DNA from: a virus
Lineage: Duplodnaviria > Heunggongvirae > Uroviricota > Caudoviricetes
Virus record (IMG/VR): IMGVR_UViG_2695420624_000004
Length of the DNA stretch: 17,831 nt
Direction: 5' to 3' (one strand)
The notes beneath the pieces are model-generated. The model ran no database searches and was not told the origin of the DNA. It saw only the letters and a list, made by a program, of their open reading frames with translations. A program made the translations under genes and the position numbers. Below, piece by piece: positions 17,163-17,831 of this stretch. Positions within the stretch are counted from its first letter, which is position 1. Every line of letters starts with the position of its first letter.

Positions 17163-17831
17163 ATGTGAACCGCCCCGGGTTTCCTGGAGAGTGTTTTATC
17201 TGTGAACTCAGGCTGCCAGATCATCGTTTCCGATGGAAGCATAATAAGCTTTTTCTGCTTCTGCCGGAGGAGTATGGCCCAGCCTTTCCAGCAATCGTCG
17301 ATTGTTATACCAGTCCACCCACGTGAGTGTGGCCAGTTCCACTTCTGCACGGTTTTTCCAGCTCTTACGGTGTATTACCTCCGCTTTGTAAAGACCATTG
17401 ATGCTCTCCGCCATCGCGTTGTCATACGAGTCGCCTGTACTTCCTGTTGATGCCAGTAATCCGGCTTCCTTAAGCCGCTGTGTGTAGGCCAGCGATACAT
17501 ACTGAGAACCTTTATCACTGTGATGGACCGTGCCGGACGGTCGACGGGCCCATAACGCCTGCTCCAGTGCATCCAGCACGAATGTCGTTTCCATGGACGA
17601 TGAGACCCGCCACCCCACGATGTATCCGGCAAACACATCAATGATGAACGCCACATAGACGAAGCCCCGCCATGTGCTGACGTAAGTAAAATCAGCCACC
17701 CACAGCTGGTCAGGTCGTTCTGCCACGAACTGACGGTTTACGCGGTCGCCTGCGGCAACGGCTTTCCGGCTGATGGTCGTACGGACCTTTTTACCCCGGA
17801 GAACACCGGCAAGTCCCATAACCGCCATGAG
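17163..17831 (-). mobile_element. IS3-family insertion sequence (IS629/IS3411-like end), truncated by the window edge
   Basis: Terminal inverted repeat beginning TGAACCGCCCCGGGTTTCCTGGAGAG at 17163, about 45 bp from the transposase stop. Only the orfB-proximal end is present. Confidence 0.75.
17208..17828 (-). CDS. IS3-family transposase OrfB (DDE integrase core), partial; N-terminus outside the window
   Basis: 206 aa of open frame running to the window edge. Contains IS3-family DDE-core-like blocks (HSDKGSQY, DNAMAES). Confidence 0.8.
   Translation of the reverse strand: MAVMGLAGVLRGKKVRTTISRKAVAAGDRVNRQFVAERPDQLWVADFTYVSTWRGFVYVAFIIDVFAGYIVGWRVSSSMETTFVLDALEQALWARRPSGTVHHSDKGSQYVSLAYTQRLKEAGLLASTGSTGDSYDNAMAESINGLYKAEVIHRKSWKNRAEVELATLTWVDWYNNRRLLERLGHTPPAEAEKAYYASIGNDDLAA

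Larger units (their letters stand above)
1697..17831. mobile_element. Degraded mosaic lambdoid prophage (lambda/DLP12-like modules) integrated at the icd 3' end; far end outside the window
   Basis: Gene order matches a lambda prophage with large deletions: exo', O', P, ren, nin-region cargo, ninB', stf, tfa, moron slot, attR. Several proteins are near-identical to lambda P, Ren, Exo, Tfa and Stf as I remember them. Confidence 0.8.

Overview
This window reads as an Escherichia-type chromosomal locus at the 3' end of icd, carrying a heavily deleted, mosaic lambdoid prophage. All calls rest on reading the six-frame translations and the nucleotide sequence by eye against remembered protein families; no database search was run. 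From the left: ycgX-like and iraM-like host genes, then a 165-nt displaced icd 3' fragment with its terminator hairpin, which marks an e14-style attachment site. The prophage begins at about 1697. Next to the att site is a translationally coupled McrB/McrC-family Type IV restriction operon, in which the McrB-like GTPase has a roughly 400-aa N-terminal region I cannot place. Then come lambda-like tfa and stf (stf N-terminus frameshifted), a truncated NinB-like fragment, two orphan genes (a 169-aa membrane-anchored protein with its own promoter and terminator, and a 99-aa protein), a YbcK-type large serine recombinase with emrE, ren, P, and a truncated O joined head-to-head to a truncated exo. 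Downstream of exo is an accessory cluster: an orf60a-like small ORF, a 354-aa DGQHR (DndB-like) protein, a TraR/DksA-type zinc-finger protein and a 79-aa ORF. An IS3-family element is cut by the right edge. The strongest candidates for undescribed biology are the McrBC variant, the orphan phage-borne DGQHR protein and the 169-aa membrane moron. I found no rRNA, tRNA or CRISPR array.
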